Of a stretch of DNA of 64,000 nucleotides, positions 28,403 to 37,074 are shown one piece after another (the stretch's first letter is position 1; every line of letters begins with the position of its first letter). The notes below the pieces were generated by a model that did not search any database, had not been told where the DNA came from, and saw nothing but the letters and a program-made list of their open reading frames with translations. The translations under genes were made by a program, and so were the position numbers. Source of the DNA: an uncultured Nitrososphaerales archaeon (lineage in GTDB: Archaea; Thermoproteota; Nitrososphaeria; Nitrososphaerales; Nitrososphaeraceae); NCBI GenBank assembly GCA_963695855.1, contig CAVOHZ010000010.1:352001-416000 (forward strand), in the 5' to 3' direction.

Positions 28403-28699
28403 TGAAATACTAGTTTCACCAAGTTGTGAAATTCCAGCAGGTCCTATATCAGGACTAGAAGGTGTCGTGGCAAGTACAGTTTGCACATTAGGTTGACCAA
28501 TTGCAGCAGTTTGTGATGGAATTTCTTTTATGAATTGAGCAGCAACGAATTTTTCTCTCTTCACAACACACAGTTGTTCGTGTACCTCCCTCATACTTTC
28601 TAATGTAGTAGGGTTTGAATGTAAAAGGAGAGAACCGCAATCACTGCATACATATTCTTGGGACACGGTATAATATTCTAAATAGTCATTTATCAACAT
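28052..28699 (-). CDS. CxxC-H-C zinc-finger-like N-terminus + linker + Zfx-type 7Fe ferredoxin
   Basis: YVCSDCG...HEQLC; C-terminal ~115 aa near-identical to the 11706-12755 product; start uncertain (ATG 28699 used). Confidence 0.88.
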   Translation of the reverse strand: MLINDYLEYYTVSQEYVCSDCGSLLLHSNPTTLESMREVHEQLCVVKREKFVAAQFIKEIPSQTAAIGQPNVQTVLATTPSSPDIGPAGISQLGETSISLTGSGTSYSKVDGPIDTSFKTKRTTTGKFKGITVWGPVDAPGQLGIWGDSVCVDFDICIGDGACIEACPVNVYEWLDTPGHPGSDKKPIMAREKDCIFCLACENVCPPQAIKIFQK

Positions 28700-28867
28700 T
28701 TGGTTATCGAGTGTACTTTCGATCCAAAATATTCTTAAATTTTGGCAAATTTTTATCGTCCACCTATGAGAAATAATTATCATATGGTTTTTCACATTTT
28801 TGAAATAAAGTAACTTGGAAATATCAAATAAAATAAAATAGATGTTGATCATTAATCAATTTTATAC

Positions 28868-29569
28868 GTGTTCGGATTAGGATATACTTTTTGGAGTGAA
28901 GTTATTTCAGTATTAAAAGAAATAATTCCTGTATACGATAAAGTAAATCAAGTCATTTCCTTGGGAAAGGCCGAATCTTATCGATTTATTGGTATAAGTG
29001 AAAATATCCGTCCGGGTAATTTTATATTAGATGCTGGATCGGGATTTGGAAACATGTCAATAACAGCATCTAGATATACTAATCATCAAGTTAAGATAAT
29101 ATTGTATGATCCAATTTTAGAGATGTTGAAAAATTCTAGCCAAATTATGAAATTGGAAACATCATTCTCAAAATCTTCTGGTATTTTTGAATACATGCCA
29201 TTTAGAGATGAGACATTTGATATTGTAATGTGTGGTTATTCATTAAGAGATGCGATCAATCTTGAAAATGCAATATCTGAGGTATACAGAATACTAAAAA
29301 AAGAGGGCAAATTTATAATAGTCGATTTAGGAAAGCCAGACAATTATTTTTTTAGGATTATGGTCAATTTTTATTTAAAATACATCTTAAAAATATTAGC
29401 TTATCTAGCCGCTGGAGAACGTGGATTGCAATTTAAAACGCTCTATGGCACTTATCTAAGATGGCCTCAAAATGGTATTCTTTATTCGTTATTATCCACT
29501 AGATTCTCAGATGTTGATTTTAAAAGAAAAATGAATGGAGCATCCATTATTGTTTCCGCAACAAAGTAA
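28868..29569 (+). CDS. UbiE/MenG-family SAM-dependent methyltransferase
   Basis: YDKVNQVISLG, ILDAGSGFG, MPFRDETFDIV, GYSLRD, EVYRILKKEG. Confidence 0.85.
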   Translation: MFGLGYTFWSEVISVLKEIIPVYDKVNQVISLGKAESYRFIGISENIRPGNFILDAGSGFGNMSITASRYTNHQVKIILYDPILEMLKNSSQIMKLETSFSKSSGIFEYMPFRDETFDIVMCGYSLRDAINLENAISEVYRILKKEGKFIIVDLGKPDNYFFRIMVNFYLKYILKILAYLAAGERGLQFKTLYGTYLRWPQNGILYSLLSTRFSDVDFKRKMNGASIIVSATK

Positions 29570-29816
29570 ATGGGTATATTCAATTTTATCAAACAGGCAT
29601 GTCTTATAAAATTAAGAGAAGCGTATACAATTTAGAAAGAGCATTATTATAAAAATTGAATTATTTTGATTTAAATAACTGTCTCGTTACTAATATTATC
29701 CCAATTATTGGAAACATTGATAGAAAAATGTAGGGAAAGATAGCCAAATATATTGAAGGTTCAAAAATTTCCATTTTCGTATTCAGTTTTATTTAAATTA
29801 TGTCCAATTTATTTAC

Positions 29817-31271
29817 TTATTTAAATTTAGCATCTGCTTCGTTAAGAAAACCATCTAATTTAGACTTCCAATCTATAAATTTTTCAGGGATATCAGGATA
29901 ATTATAGTAGTGATCCACAAGTTTTTTGTTAAGTTCAGAAGTAAATTTTAGATCATCTGCCAGTTTCTTGTTTAATGCACCCCTAATCAACATGCCTAGT
30001 TTATCCAAAGCTCCGAATTCAGGATGTTCTCCATTAGCGATTTTCTCGATATCGAATTTAGAAAGAAAATGTTTCATCCCATAATCTATCTGTTCATTTG
30101 TAAGAGTCTGAAGCATCCGACGAAAAACTTCCAATCCAGCAGTTTTGTATCCATAGTCATCGATAAAATCCTTATTGTATTTCCACAGACTCTTTTCCGA
30201 AACATCTGAAGACTCTATTGCGGCCACAGCATCTTTCCCTGCTATTGTTGCGGCAATTATAGCAGGGCCTATTCCTCCTGCATCTAATGGTTTTGGCATC
30301 CATGCAGAATCTCCTACCATCATGTATCCATTACAAACAAGACAGTCGTTTTGTCTTCTTACTGAAACCTGCCAGGTACCCCAAGCATTCCCTTGATCAT
30401 CGCCATCAGGTAATTCCGGTTCAGATATTACGGGATTAATTTGCACATACTCGTCAATTAGATTCTTGAGATTTTTGTTTTTTCCATATTGTTTATTATA
30501 TGTATTAAATGCTTTTTGCTGTACACCTAAACCAATATTTACTTTATTTTTCCCCTTTGGAAATACCCATGCATAACCACCAGGAGCTAGTTTTTGATCA
30601 AGATGAATTATACAATAATCTGGATCAAAATATGTCTTTTCATCATTACATATTTTAAAATTATAGATATATCTGCCTGTAGATTCCAGATCATCCCGAT
30701 CTATTTTCTTTTGAATGAATGACTTGACTGCTAGGTTGGTTCGTAATACCGATGTGACTCCTGTACAATCAATTATTAATTTTGCAGTTTTTTTGAAGGT
30801 TTGTTTTGTTTTCAGGTTTTCACCATCTACACCAATTATGTAATTATTATTAGAGATTAATGATCGTAGAGCAATATTATCAACAACTTCAACTCCCATT
30901 TTTAAAGCATCTTTTAATTGCCGTTGAGGTAAAATTCTTCTGTTAAGAATATAACCATCGCCGTCAAAAGAAATTCCAGTTTCGTGATCAGGAGAATAGG
31001 CGATTACCCCTTTTACCGGATGCTCTATTTCTGGAGACCCCCAGGATATACCTGTTCTATTTGTCATGTAATCAACACTGTTCTTTCCTACTGCATCTCC
31101 ACAAACCCAACCGTTCACTGTTTTCTTTCCTAAATCGGAAAATGAATTCCTGTCGATTACAAGTATCCTGAGAGATTGGTTAGAATAGTAAGCAGCTGAG
31201 GTAGCAGCTATCATTCCTGCCAACCCACCACCAGCTACAATGATATCATAATCGTGCGTATCTTGCAACAT
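29817..31271 (-). CDS. Geranylgeranyl reductase family (digeranylgeranylglycerophospholipid reductase-like)
   Basis: DIIVAGGGLAG, VCGDAV, APGGYAWVFPKG, VNIGLG, VGDSAW.PKPLDAGGI. Confidence 0.88.
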   Translation of the reverse strand: MLQDTHDYDIIVAGGGLAGMIAATSAAYYSNQSLRILVIDRNSFSDLGKKTVNGWVCGDAVGKNSVDYMTNRTGISWGSPEIEHPVKGVIAYSPDHETGISFDGDGYILNRRILPQRQLKDALKMGVEVVDNIALRSLISNNNYIIGVDGENLKTKQTFKKTAKLIIDCTGVTSVLRTNLAVKSFIQKKIDRDDLESTGRYIYNFKICNDEKTYFDPDYCIIHLDQKLAPGGYAWVFPKGKNKVNIGLGVQQKAFNTYNKQYGKNKNLKNLIDEYVQINPVISEPELPDGDDQGNAWGTWQVSVRRQNDCLVCNGYMMVGDSAWMPKPLDAGGIGPAIIAATIAGKDAVAAIESSDVSEKSLWKYNKDFIDDYGYKTAGLEVFRRMLQTLTNEQIDYGMKHFLSKFDIEKIANGEHPEFGALDKLGMLIRGALNKKLADDLKFTSELNKKLVDHYYNYPDIPEKFIDWKSKLDGFLNEADAKFK

Positions 31272-31547
31272 AAATATGATTTTTGTAAATTTACAATATT
31301 TATAGTTAAGTTAATTTTCTATGATTCATCTATAACTATGTTGCATAGTTCTAAAGTAATTTTTTACTATACCTAATAAAGATAATTTTCATAATGTTAT
31401 TGATATCAAATGAATACTTCCAGTTAAGGCAAAATCGCATGTAAAAAACCTTACATTTAAAATCCTAGAAGTTAAAAGCTGTTTTATAAAGATTATAAAA
31501 ATTAATAAATAGCAATTTAAGGTTATGAAATATCTTTATAAGAGAAT

Positions 31548-31853
31548 TCATTTAGAATCTATAAAATATTTGTAACGTTTTTCTACTTCTTTATTATTTC
31601 CATACAATACGTTATCAATTTCTCTCTTTAATAGATCCAATGCATATTTTTTAAACTTATTTCCTTCTTCCGTTTCAGGAAAAGTTGACAATGTATATTC
31701 AAAATGTTTCATAAATTCAACAACTTTTTTTCTGAATTCTTCCTTTGTAGGATAATCCGCTTGAGTAATCTTGTACCATGTAGTTGTGCAAGCAGTAGAA
31801 TATAACTTTGCAAGATCTTCTACAAGTCGTTCGATCTCAAAAAAGTCAGGCAT
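31548..31853 (-). CDS. Hypothetical protein
   Basis: 101-aa helical ORF with ATG and an upstream TATA. Confidence 0.65.
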   Translation of the reverse strand: MPDFFEIERLVEDLAKLYSTACTTTWYKITQADYPTKEEFRKKVVEFMKHFEYTLSTFPETEEGNKFKKYALDLLKREIDNVLYGNNKEVEKRYKYFIDSK

Positions 31854-31911
31854 TAATTATAAAAAAGAAGTTATCTAATATATTTCTGAAGGCTGAAGAG
31901 GATTGAAAATA

Positions 31912-33030
31912 TCATCGTATATGTGGCTTTATAGTTATTATTATTCTTGAGCTACAGAGGATATCTTTACATCTATTCCTGATAGTAACTTCGGTAACTC
32001 CAGCTAATCCTGATACATCTATTTGAAGAATATTCATTCCCAATAAAACGGCTGAAAGATAAATGTATGCAGCAGCAAGTCCATTTGGAGATTTACCGTC
32101 AGCCAATAGATTATTTAAAGTTTTATGAGCTAAATCAATAGCTAATCGCTCTATTCGTGTATCGAGTTTTGCTAGATTAATTAATTTGGCTATATAATTA
32201 TCTATAGATAAGGTACATGGAATAATTGTGGTTTTTTTTCCATTTTTATTGTCTTCATATTTTGATTTATTAGTATGGGTATCAAGTTTGGTTTGAATGA
32301 AGTTACCACGCATAAACGCCAAGCTATCCGAATTATCAATTTTAATGGCTTTATCATAAGTATTGTTTTCATATGAAAAATTATTGTGATATATTCCCAA
32401 TTCCATAGACATAACCCGATAATATTTTGAGGCAAGTTTTAGGCACGACCTGTCATTTGGAGATGCGCCTGTGGCATTTACTATTTCTTCAATAGATCTT
32501 ACAATGGAACATCTTTTACACGCAAGATAGATCGTTGCCGAAGCTATACAAGAAACTGATTTTCCTTTTGCTTCATTATTCTTTTCATAGGTACGATATA
32601 TCATTGCAGCGGTTTCAATTAGAATCTTGGGTAGTGACAGATTTGAACAAATCTCGCTAATCTTTGACAAAACATTAGAAAGTCTCCTTTCTTTGGATGA
32701 TGATACACGTATTCTTGAATGCCATTTCCTAATATTGGTCATTTGTTCAGCTACTGTGTAATTGATTAACTTCCCTCCATAATCCTTTGAAGCATTGCCT
32801 ATCTCGGTTCTTAAACCATAATCGTGTTGAGAAAAACTCATTGCTCCGCTTGCCCTTGTGTTACGATTTTTTTCTTCAAAATCTTTGGCTATGGATTCTG
32901 GTCCATAATCATTCACTTCATCCAATACTACGTAACCGCAATTCTGACACAAAAATTCACCTTTACTAAAATCGTGAATCAAATTAGAATGACATTCTGG
33001 ACAATTATTGCAATATTCTAGACACACCAT
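31912..33030 (-). CDS. tfb: Transcription initiation factor IIB paralog
   Basis: Zn ribbon CPEC...CQNCG, HDYGLRTEI, ERRLSNVLSKI, two cyclin folds, GKSPNGLAAA, GVTEVTIRNR. Confidence 0.93.
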   Translation of the reverse strand: MVCLEYCNNCPECHSNLIHDFSKGEFLCQNCGYVVLDEVNDYGPESIAKDFEEKNRNTRASGAMSFSQHDYGLRTEIGNASKDYGGKLINYTVAEQMTNIRKWHSRIRVSSSKERRLSNVLSKISEICSNLSLPKILIETAAMIYRTYEKNNEAKGKSVSCIASATIYLACKRCSIVRSIEEIVNATGASPNDRSCLKLASKYYRVMSMELGIYHNNFSYENNTYDKAIKIDNSDSLAFMRGNFIQTKLDTHTNKSKYEDNKNGKKTTIIPCTLSIDNYIAKLINLAKLDTRIERLAIDLAHKTLNNLLADGKSPNGLAAAYIYLSAVLLGMNILQIDVSGLAGVTEVTIRNRCKDILCSSRIIITIKPHIR

Positions 33031-33034
33031 TTTA

Positions 33035-33361
33035 TTATTTTCTACCTCTCGTATTTCTTTTTTTAAACGTCCTTGACTTTGCACCAACTTCGAGATTCCT
33101 TAGATTAGACTTGTATATTTTATCACCTTTAACAACTTGAAATTTGTCATTTGACATAATTATGGAGGCATATGGAGATCGAACTGGTCCTATTAGTTCA
33201 TTAATACTTCCTATTTTCATACAGTTAGAATTAAAAAGTAAATCCCCGGCATTGACTAGATTTTTTTCATCAACTTTTACAATCAACCTTCCACTTCTTG
33301 CTTTATGAGCAATTTCACCGACTTCTGTCAACGCAAATTTATTTGTTTTACTCATTTTCAT
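33035..33361 (-). CDS. gar1: H/ACA RNP protein Gar1
   Basis: GEIAHKARSGRLIV, IGSINELIGPVRSPYASI; in tfb-gar1-srp19-rps8e order. Confidence 0.85.
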   Translation of the reverse strand: MKMSKTNKFALTEVGEIAHKARSGRLIVKVDEKNLVNAGDLLFNSNCMKIGSINELIGPVRSPYASIIMSNDKFQVVKGDKIYKSNLRNLEVGAKSRTFKKRNTRGRK

Positions 33362-33419
33362 GTTATTCGGTCAATAATAATTTATTAATTTGATAAAGAA
33401 TTAAAACTATATTTCTTTT

Positions 33420-33737
33420 TCATGAAGTTCTTTTGTTCTTTGTTCTTCTTGCACTGATTTTTGAAGCGATTGTTGAGATTAATTCAAATTTCTTTTTATT
33501 TTCTATTTTTGGGATCATGATATAACCTGACCTTACAAAAGATCGTCGCGGATATCTTGCATGGTCACTAGAATTCTCTGCAGTAGCATTTAATCCACAA
33601 TCTATTGCAGCATCAAACAATTCAGAAAAAGTCGGGTCGAAAACAGCATGATCCCTTTTTATTCGTCTTCCCTTCCTCCTAGAGAGATTCTTATTTAAAT
33701 AGTCTAACCAAATAATTACATGCTCATAATCTTTCAA
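33420..33737 (-). CDS. srp19: Signal recognition particle protein SRP19
   Basis: IIWLDYLNKNLSRRKGRRI...AVFDPT...YPR. Confidence 0.9.
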   Translation of the reverse strand: MKDYEHVIIWLDYLNKNLSRRKGRRIKRDHAVFDPTFSELFDAAIDCGLNATAENSSDHARYPRRSFVRSGYIMIPKIENKKKFELISTIASKISARRTKNKRTS

Positions 33738-33847
33738 TAAGTTAAATAGAAAGATTCTTCTTATTTTAATATTAATATTCTAACTAAATATTAAAATTCT
33801 TATTTCACATCTAAAGATGTACAGGAGATAAAATTGAAAATTTTATT

Positions 33848-34240
33848 TTAATTAGATTCCTTTACTAATATACCGTTCATGGTACCGTTCTGTCCTGGTC
33901 GCGAAACTATCCTTACTGAGCCTAATTCAGTCTCTACAACGGCACCTTTAGAAAGGACTCCCCGTCTTTCATAATCCTTATTAGCAGAATTCTTTAAGGC
34001 CCTTATAATTTTAGTTTTGACTGTTTTTTTATTTTCTTTATCGTTTACATTGATGAAATCAATAGTCTTTATTGCCGTTTTTTGATTATTACCTCTAACC
34101 CGTCTTGTTTTAGTAATTTCTGGGCCCACAACCGGTTCGTTGGGATATCTATCAATTTCGTATTTTCTTCTCGTTCTTGAAGCATTTAGTCTTCCCCCTG
34201 TATATTTTCTTCCGCTTAGATTCTCAATTGACTTTCGCAT
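33848..34240 (-). CDS. rps8e: 30S ribosomal protein S8e
   Basis: RKYTGGR, RVRGNNQK, NKDYERRGVLSKGAVVETELG, SRPGQNG. Confidence 0.95.
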   Translation of the reverse strand: MRKSIENLSGRKYTGGRLNASRTRRKYEIDRYPNEPVVGPEITKTRRVRGNNQKTAIKTIDFINVNDKENKKTVKTKIIRALKNSANKDYERRGVLSKGAVVETELGSVRIVSRPGQNGTMNGILVKESN

Positions 34241-34275
34241 TAAAATGAGATTGAATTACTCTAATTAAGACTTTT

Positions 34276-34791
34276 CTAGGATTTAGAAATAATACTTCCT
34301 TTCATCCTGTTGATATCAGAAATTCCGAAGTAGTCTTGAAATTTTTTCGTTGTCTTGTACACTCTCAACCTTCCTAAATTTTCATGTTCTACAAATGATA
34401 GCTGTTCGAGATATTTTACATGAGTGTATGCCTGCGTTCCTCTTATGTATACCAACCTTTTTGACGTGATAGGTTGCTCATATAGAATATATGATAATGT
34501 CTTTAGAGTGGCAGATGAAAGAAGTGGTTGTTTAGCAAATTTTTTAATCATAGGTATATAGCTAGATTTTAATTGAAATACGAACTTCCCGTCATCTAGT
34601 TCTCGTATTTCTAGTGCGTAAAATATAGAATTTACTTTTTTCATAATATCAAGGAGAATTTTTCTAATTTTTTCATTTGAATTAATACCAGTTGCCTTGC
34701 TTAATTCTTCAAGTGTCATTGGCCTACCAGAAGAATAGAGTGCAGCTTCTATCCTTGCTATAACTTCTTTATCTGGAAGAAATTTGTCCAA
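34276..34791 (-). CDS. scpB: SMC-Scp complex subunit ScpB
   Basis: IEAALYSSGRPM, LSSATLKTLSYI.YEQPIT, IRG, YKTTKKFQDYFGI. Confidence 0.92.
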   Translation of the reverse strand: MDKFLPDKEVIARIEAALYSSGRPMTLEELSKATGINSNEKIRKILLDIMKKVNSIFYALEIRELDDGKFVFQLKSSYIPMIKKFAKQPLLSSATLKTLSYILYEQPITSKRLVYIRGTQAYTHVKYLEQLSFVEHENLGRLRVYKTTKKFQDYFGISDINRMKGSIISKS

Positions 34792-34830
34792 AGCTAGGTT
34801 CTATTATTAACGGATTTATATTAACATTAA

Positions 34831-35511
34831 CTAATTCCATATTTTTCTTACTGAAATATCGTAGGAATCCTCATTTTGTACCAATTCTATTTCATTTTTC
34901 ATTGCTAGATGTAATAATGCTATAAAAAACCTGGCTACCTCGATTGGTTGCATTCTATCAACAAATTTGCTGAAAATAATAATTTCGTTACTATTTAAGG
35001 AATTTAATATATAATCTTCATGTTCTTCCAATATTTTTTCAAATTTAACAAAATACTGATCGAACTCGAAATCACCTAAAGGTTCCAATTGTATTTGATT
35101 TCTACTTTTATGATTAGGATTTGACAAATCTGCAATCATATTTTGAAGAACTCCTAGAAGGTCTTCAAGAGATACTGGATAAGTTGATGACAATCTAAAT
35201 GGAAATTCAATTGGATTGATAATTGGAATTTCCTTTTCTTCTGCAATCTGCTGATTGTGTTTTTCCATGGCAATTTTTTCAAGTTTAAAAATACTCTCTA
35301 CTTTTAATCGATAAATTAAAGACGATGTCCATGCAGCTATTCCACAAATACGCAGGTCTTTTTTTCCATTTGAATTTATTAACTTTAAAAGTACTTCAAG
35401 CAAGTTTGAAATATCTATTTCCCACACATTTTGCTTTCCAAGCAGAGATGGGTTAAATAGTAGGTTAAGTGGAGGTTCAGATAACGACTGATTTGTTTCC
35501 TTAGAATTCAT
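34831..35511 (-). CDS. scpA: Kleisin ScpA
   Basis: VWEIDI, DLRICGIAAWTSSLIYRLKVE, FFIALLHLA...IELVQ; upstream of scpB. Confidence 0.88.
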   Translation of the reverse strand: MNSKETNQSLSEPPLNLLFNPSLLGKQNVWEIDISNLLEVLLKLINSNGKKDLRICGIAAWTSSLIYRLKVESIFKLEKIAMEKHNQQIAEEKEIPIINPIEFPFRLSSTYPVSLEDLLGVLQNMIADLSNPNHKSRNQIQLEPLGDFEFDQYFVKFEKILEEHEDYILNSLNSNEIIIFSKFVDRMQPIEVARFFIALLHLAMKNEIELVQNEDSYDISVRKIWN

Positions 35512-35579
35512 TTATATGTTTCTTGTTTTAGATATTTCAATGAAAAACATTGATATTTTAAAGTAATTTCTCAAAAAAA

Positions 35580-36140
35580 TTAAGATGTCATCCAATCTAA
35601 AGGGATATCCTGATACAGACCATTAGGCAAAATTCGTCTAATCGAGATAGGTAATGCTTTTTTCTCGAGCTCCTCTATGGCAAGTGCAATGGAACTCTTA
35701 TTAAAAGCATCTTCCACTTTTATCATTATGGGGGCACCAAAAGAAAGTTGCAATGCTCTTGCTCCTGTTATTCTTGCCTTTTCAAATCTTGTAAGCCTTC
35801 GTGGACCTATTAGAATTTCTTTATTTCTGGAAATTAGTTCTTTCAATTCATATTCAGGTTCATCATATTCAACGAATTGTTCAATCCTGGTACTTTGATT
35901 TTCAGTTTCCTCTGCAGATTCTTTATCTAGTTTTTCGCTCTTTTCTTCTTCGGAAGATTTTTTTGAAGATGCCGAGGCCTTAGATTTTTTAGCTTTGGAT
36001 CTCGATCTGGCATTTTTCGATTTCGATTTTGAGTCGGATACATCGGAAACGATATTATCTCCTTCGTGATTTTTAAGTGTTAATTTACCAGTATCATCTA
36101 TTTCATCTTTATTATTATCATTTGCTTTCTTGTCAACCAA
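35580..36140 (-). CDS. rpoK: RNA polymerase subunit Rpo6 (K) with long charged N-terminal extension
   Basis: LTRFEKARITGARALQLSFGAP, IALAIEEL...LPISIRRILP. Confidence 0.93.
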   Translation of the reverse strand: MVDKKANDNNKDEIDDTGKLTLKNHEGDNIVSDVSDSKSKSKNARSRSKAKKSKASASSKKSSEEEKSEKLDKESAEETENQSTRIEQFVEYDEPEYELKELISRNKEILIGPRRLTRFEKARITGARALQLSFGAPIMIKVEDAFNKSSIALAIEELEKKALPISIRRILPNGLYQDIPLDWMTS

Positions 36141-36224
36141 GAATAGTCAAAAAGCTTATTAGAATATAATTAAACGTTACGAATTTAAGCAATTAGGATA
36201 AGATACAGGTGAATAGAAAGAATC

Positions 36225-36635
36225 ATGTATGATACAAGTAGTAAAAGTTCCTTCTCAGTTTCAAGAATCCAGATTGAAATAATTGTAGGAAACAAAGGAC
36301 GAATAAAAGCAGAACTTGTACGTCACTTAGCTCCATTAACCATTTCAGAAATATTAAAACGTCTTCCCTTAAGTGGAAGAGTTCACTATAATTTAGATAA
36401 TTTCTGCTACATACAAACACAATTAAATCTTGGACCAGAGAAACAAAAAAAGCATTTCAAAGCGAATGATATAGCATATTTAACTTTAAATGGTTCTTTC
36501 TGTTTTTTTATAAAAGAAACTACAACAGCTCCAATGAATCATATTGGAAAAATGATTTCAGAAATAGATCCCATCAAGAGAGTAGAACCAACAGATATTT
36601 TAACTTTAAAACAAATGGTAATGGAATATAAATAA
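36225..36635 (+). CDS. Cyclophilin-like fold protein (TM1367/DUF369-like)
   Basis: AELVRHLAPLT...LPLSG, DIAY, FCFF, MNHIGK. Confidence 0.75.
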   Translation: MYDTSSKSSFSVSRIQIEIIVGNKGRIKAELVRHLAPLTISEILKRLPLSGRVHYNLDNFCYIQTQLNLGPEKQKKHFKANDIAYLTLNGSFCFFIKETTTAPMNHIGKMISEIDPIKRVEPTDILTLKQMVMEYK

Positions 36636-36639
36636 TTAT

Positions 36640-36963
36640 TTATTTTTTGGAGATGCAATAAACTTTATGTCCACTGTATCCGCCTGCAATTTTGATTATC
36701 CCCTTGGATTCTAAATTTTTTAGATAATTGTTGGCTACAGAAATCTTTATTCCCAATGTTTTTGCAACGCCCTGCACAGTTATAGCTTTCATACCTTTTA
36801 TAATTCCAGGATCATTAATATCATCAATCAAAACAGAAGATTTCTGTTTTTGAGATTTAGAAGGTGCCTTTCCTTCGTCCTTTTTCAACTTAGTAGAAGA
36901 TTCTCCAGGCTGTTGTGCATTAGATTTTGATGAACCCACTGGTTTCTTCTTGACTCCACCCAT
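36640..36963 (-). CDS. rps25e: 30S ribosomal protein S25e
   Basis: MGGVKKK, KAITVQGVAKTLGIKISVANNYLKNLESKG, KVY. Confidence 0.85.
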   Translation of the reverse strand: MGGVKKKPVGSSKSNAQQPGESSTKLKKDEGKAPSKSQKQKSSVLIDDINDPGIIKGMKAITVQGVAKTLGIKISVANNYLKNLESKGIIKIAGGYSGHKVYCISKK

Positions 36964-37074
36964 TATATTATTAGAATTGCAGTTAATCCAATTTATAAGT
37001 TATAATGATGAAAATATAACAAATAGGTTGTTACCTCAAAAATGCTTAATACCCCTTGCAGGTTATTTTTTCCG

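Noticed and set aside
34276-35511. scpAB without adjacent smc
   Set aside because: smc is often encoded elsewhere; absence from this window is uninformative
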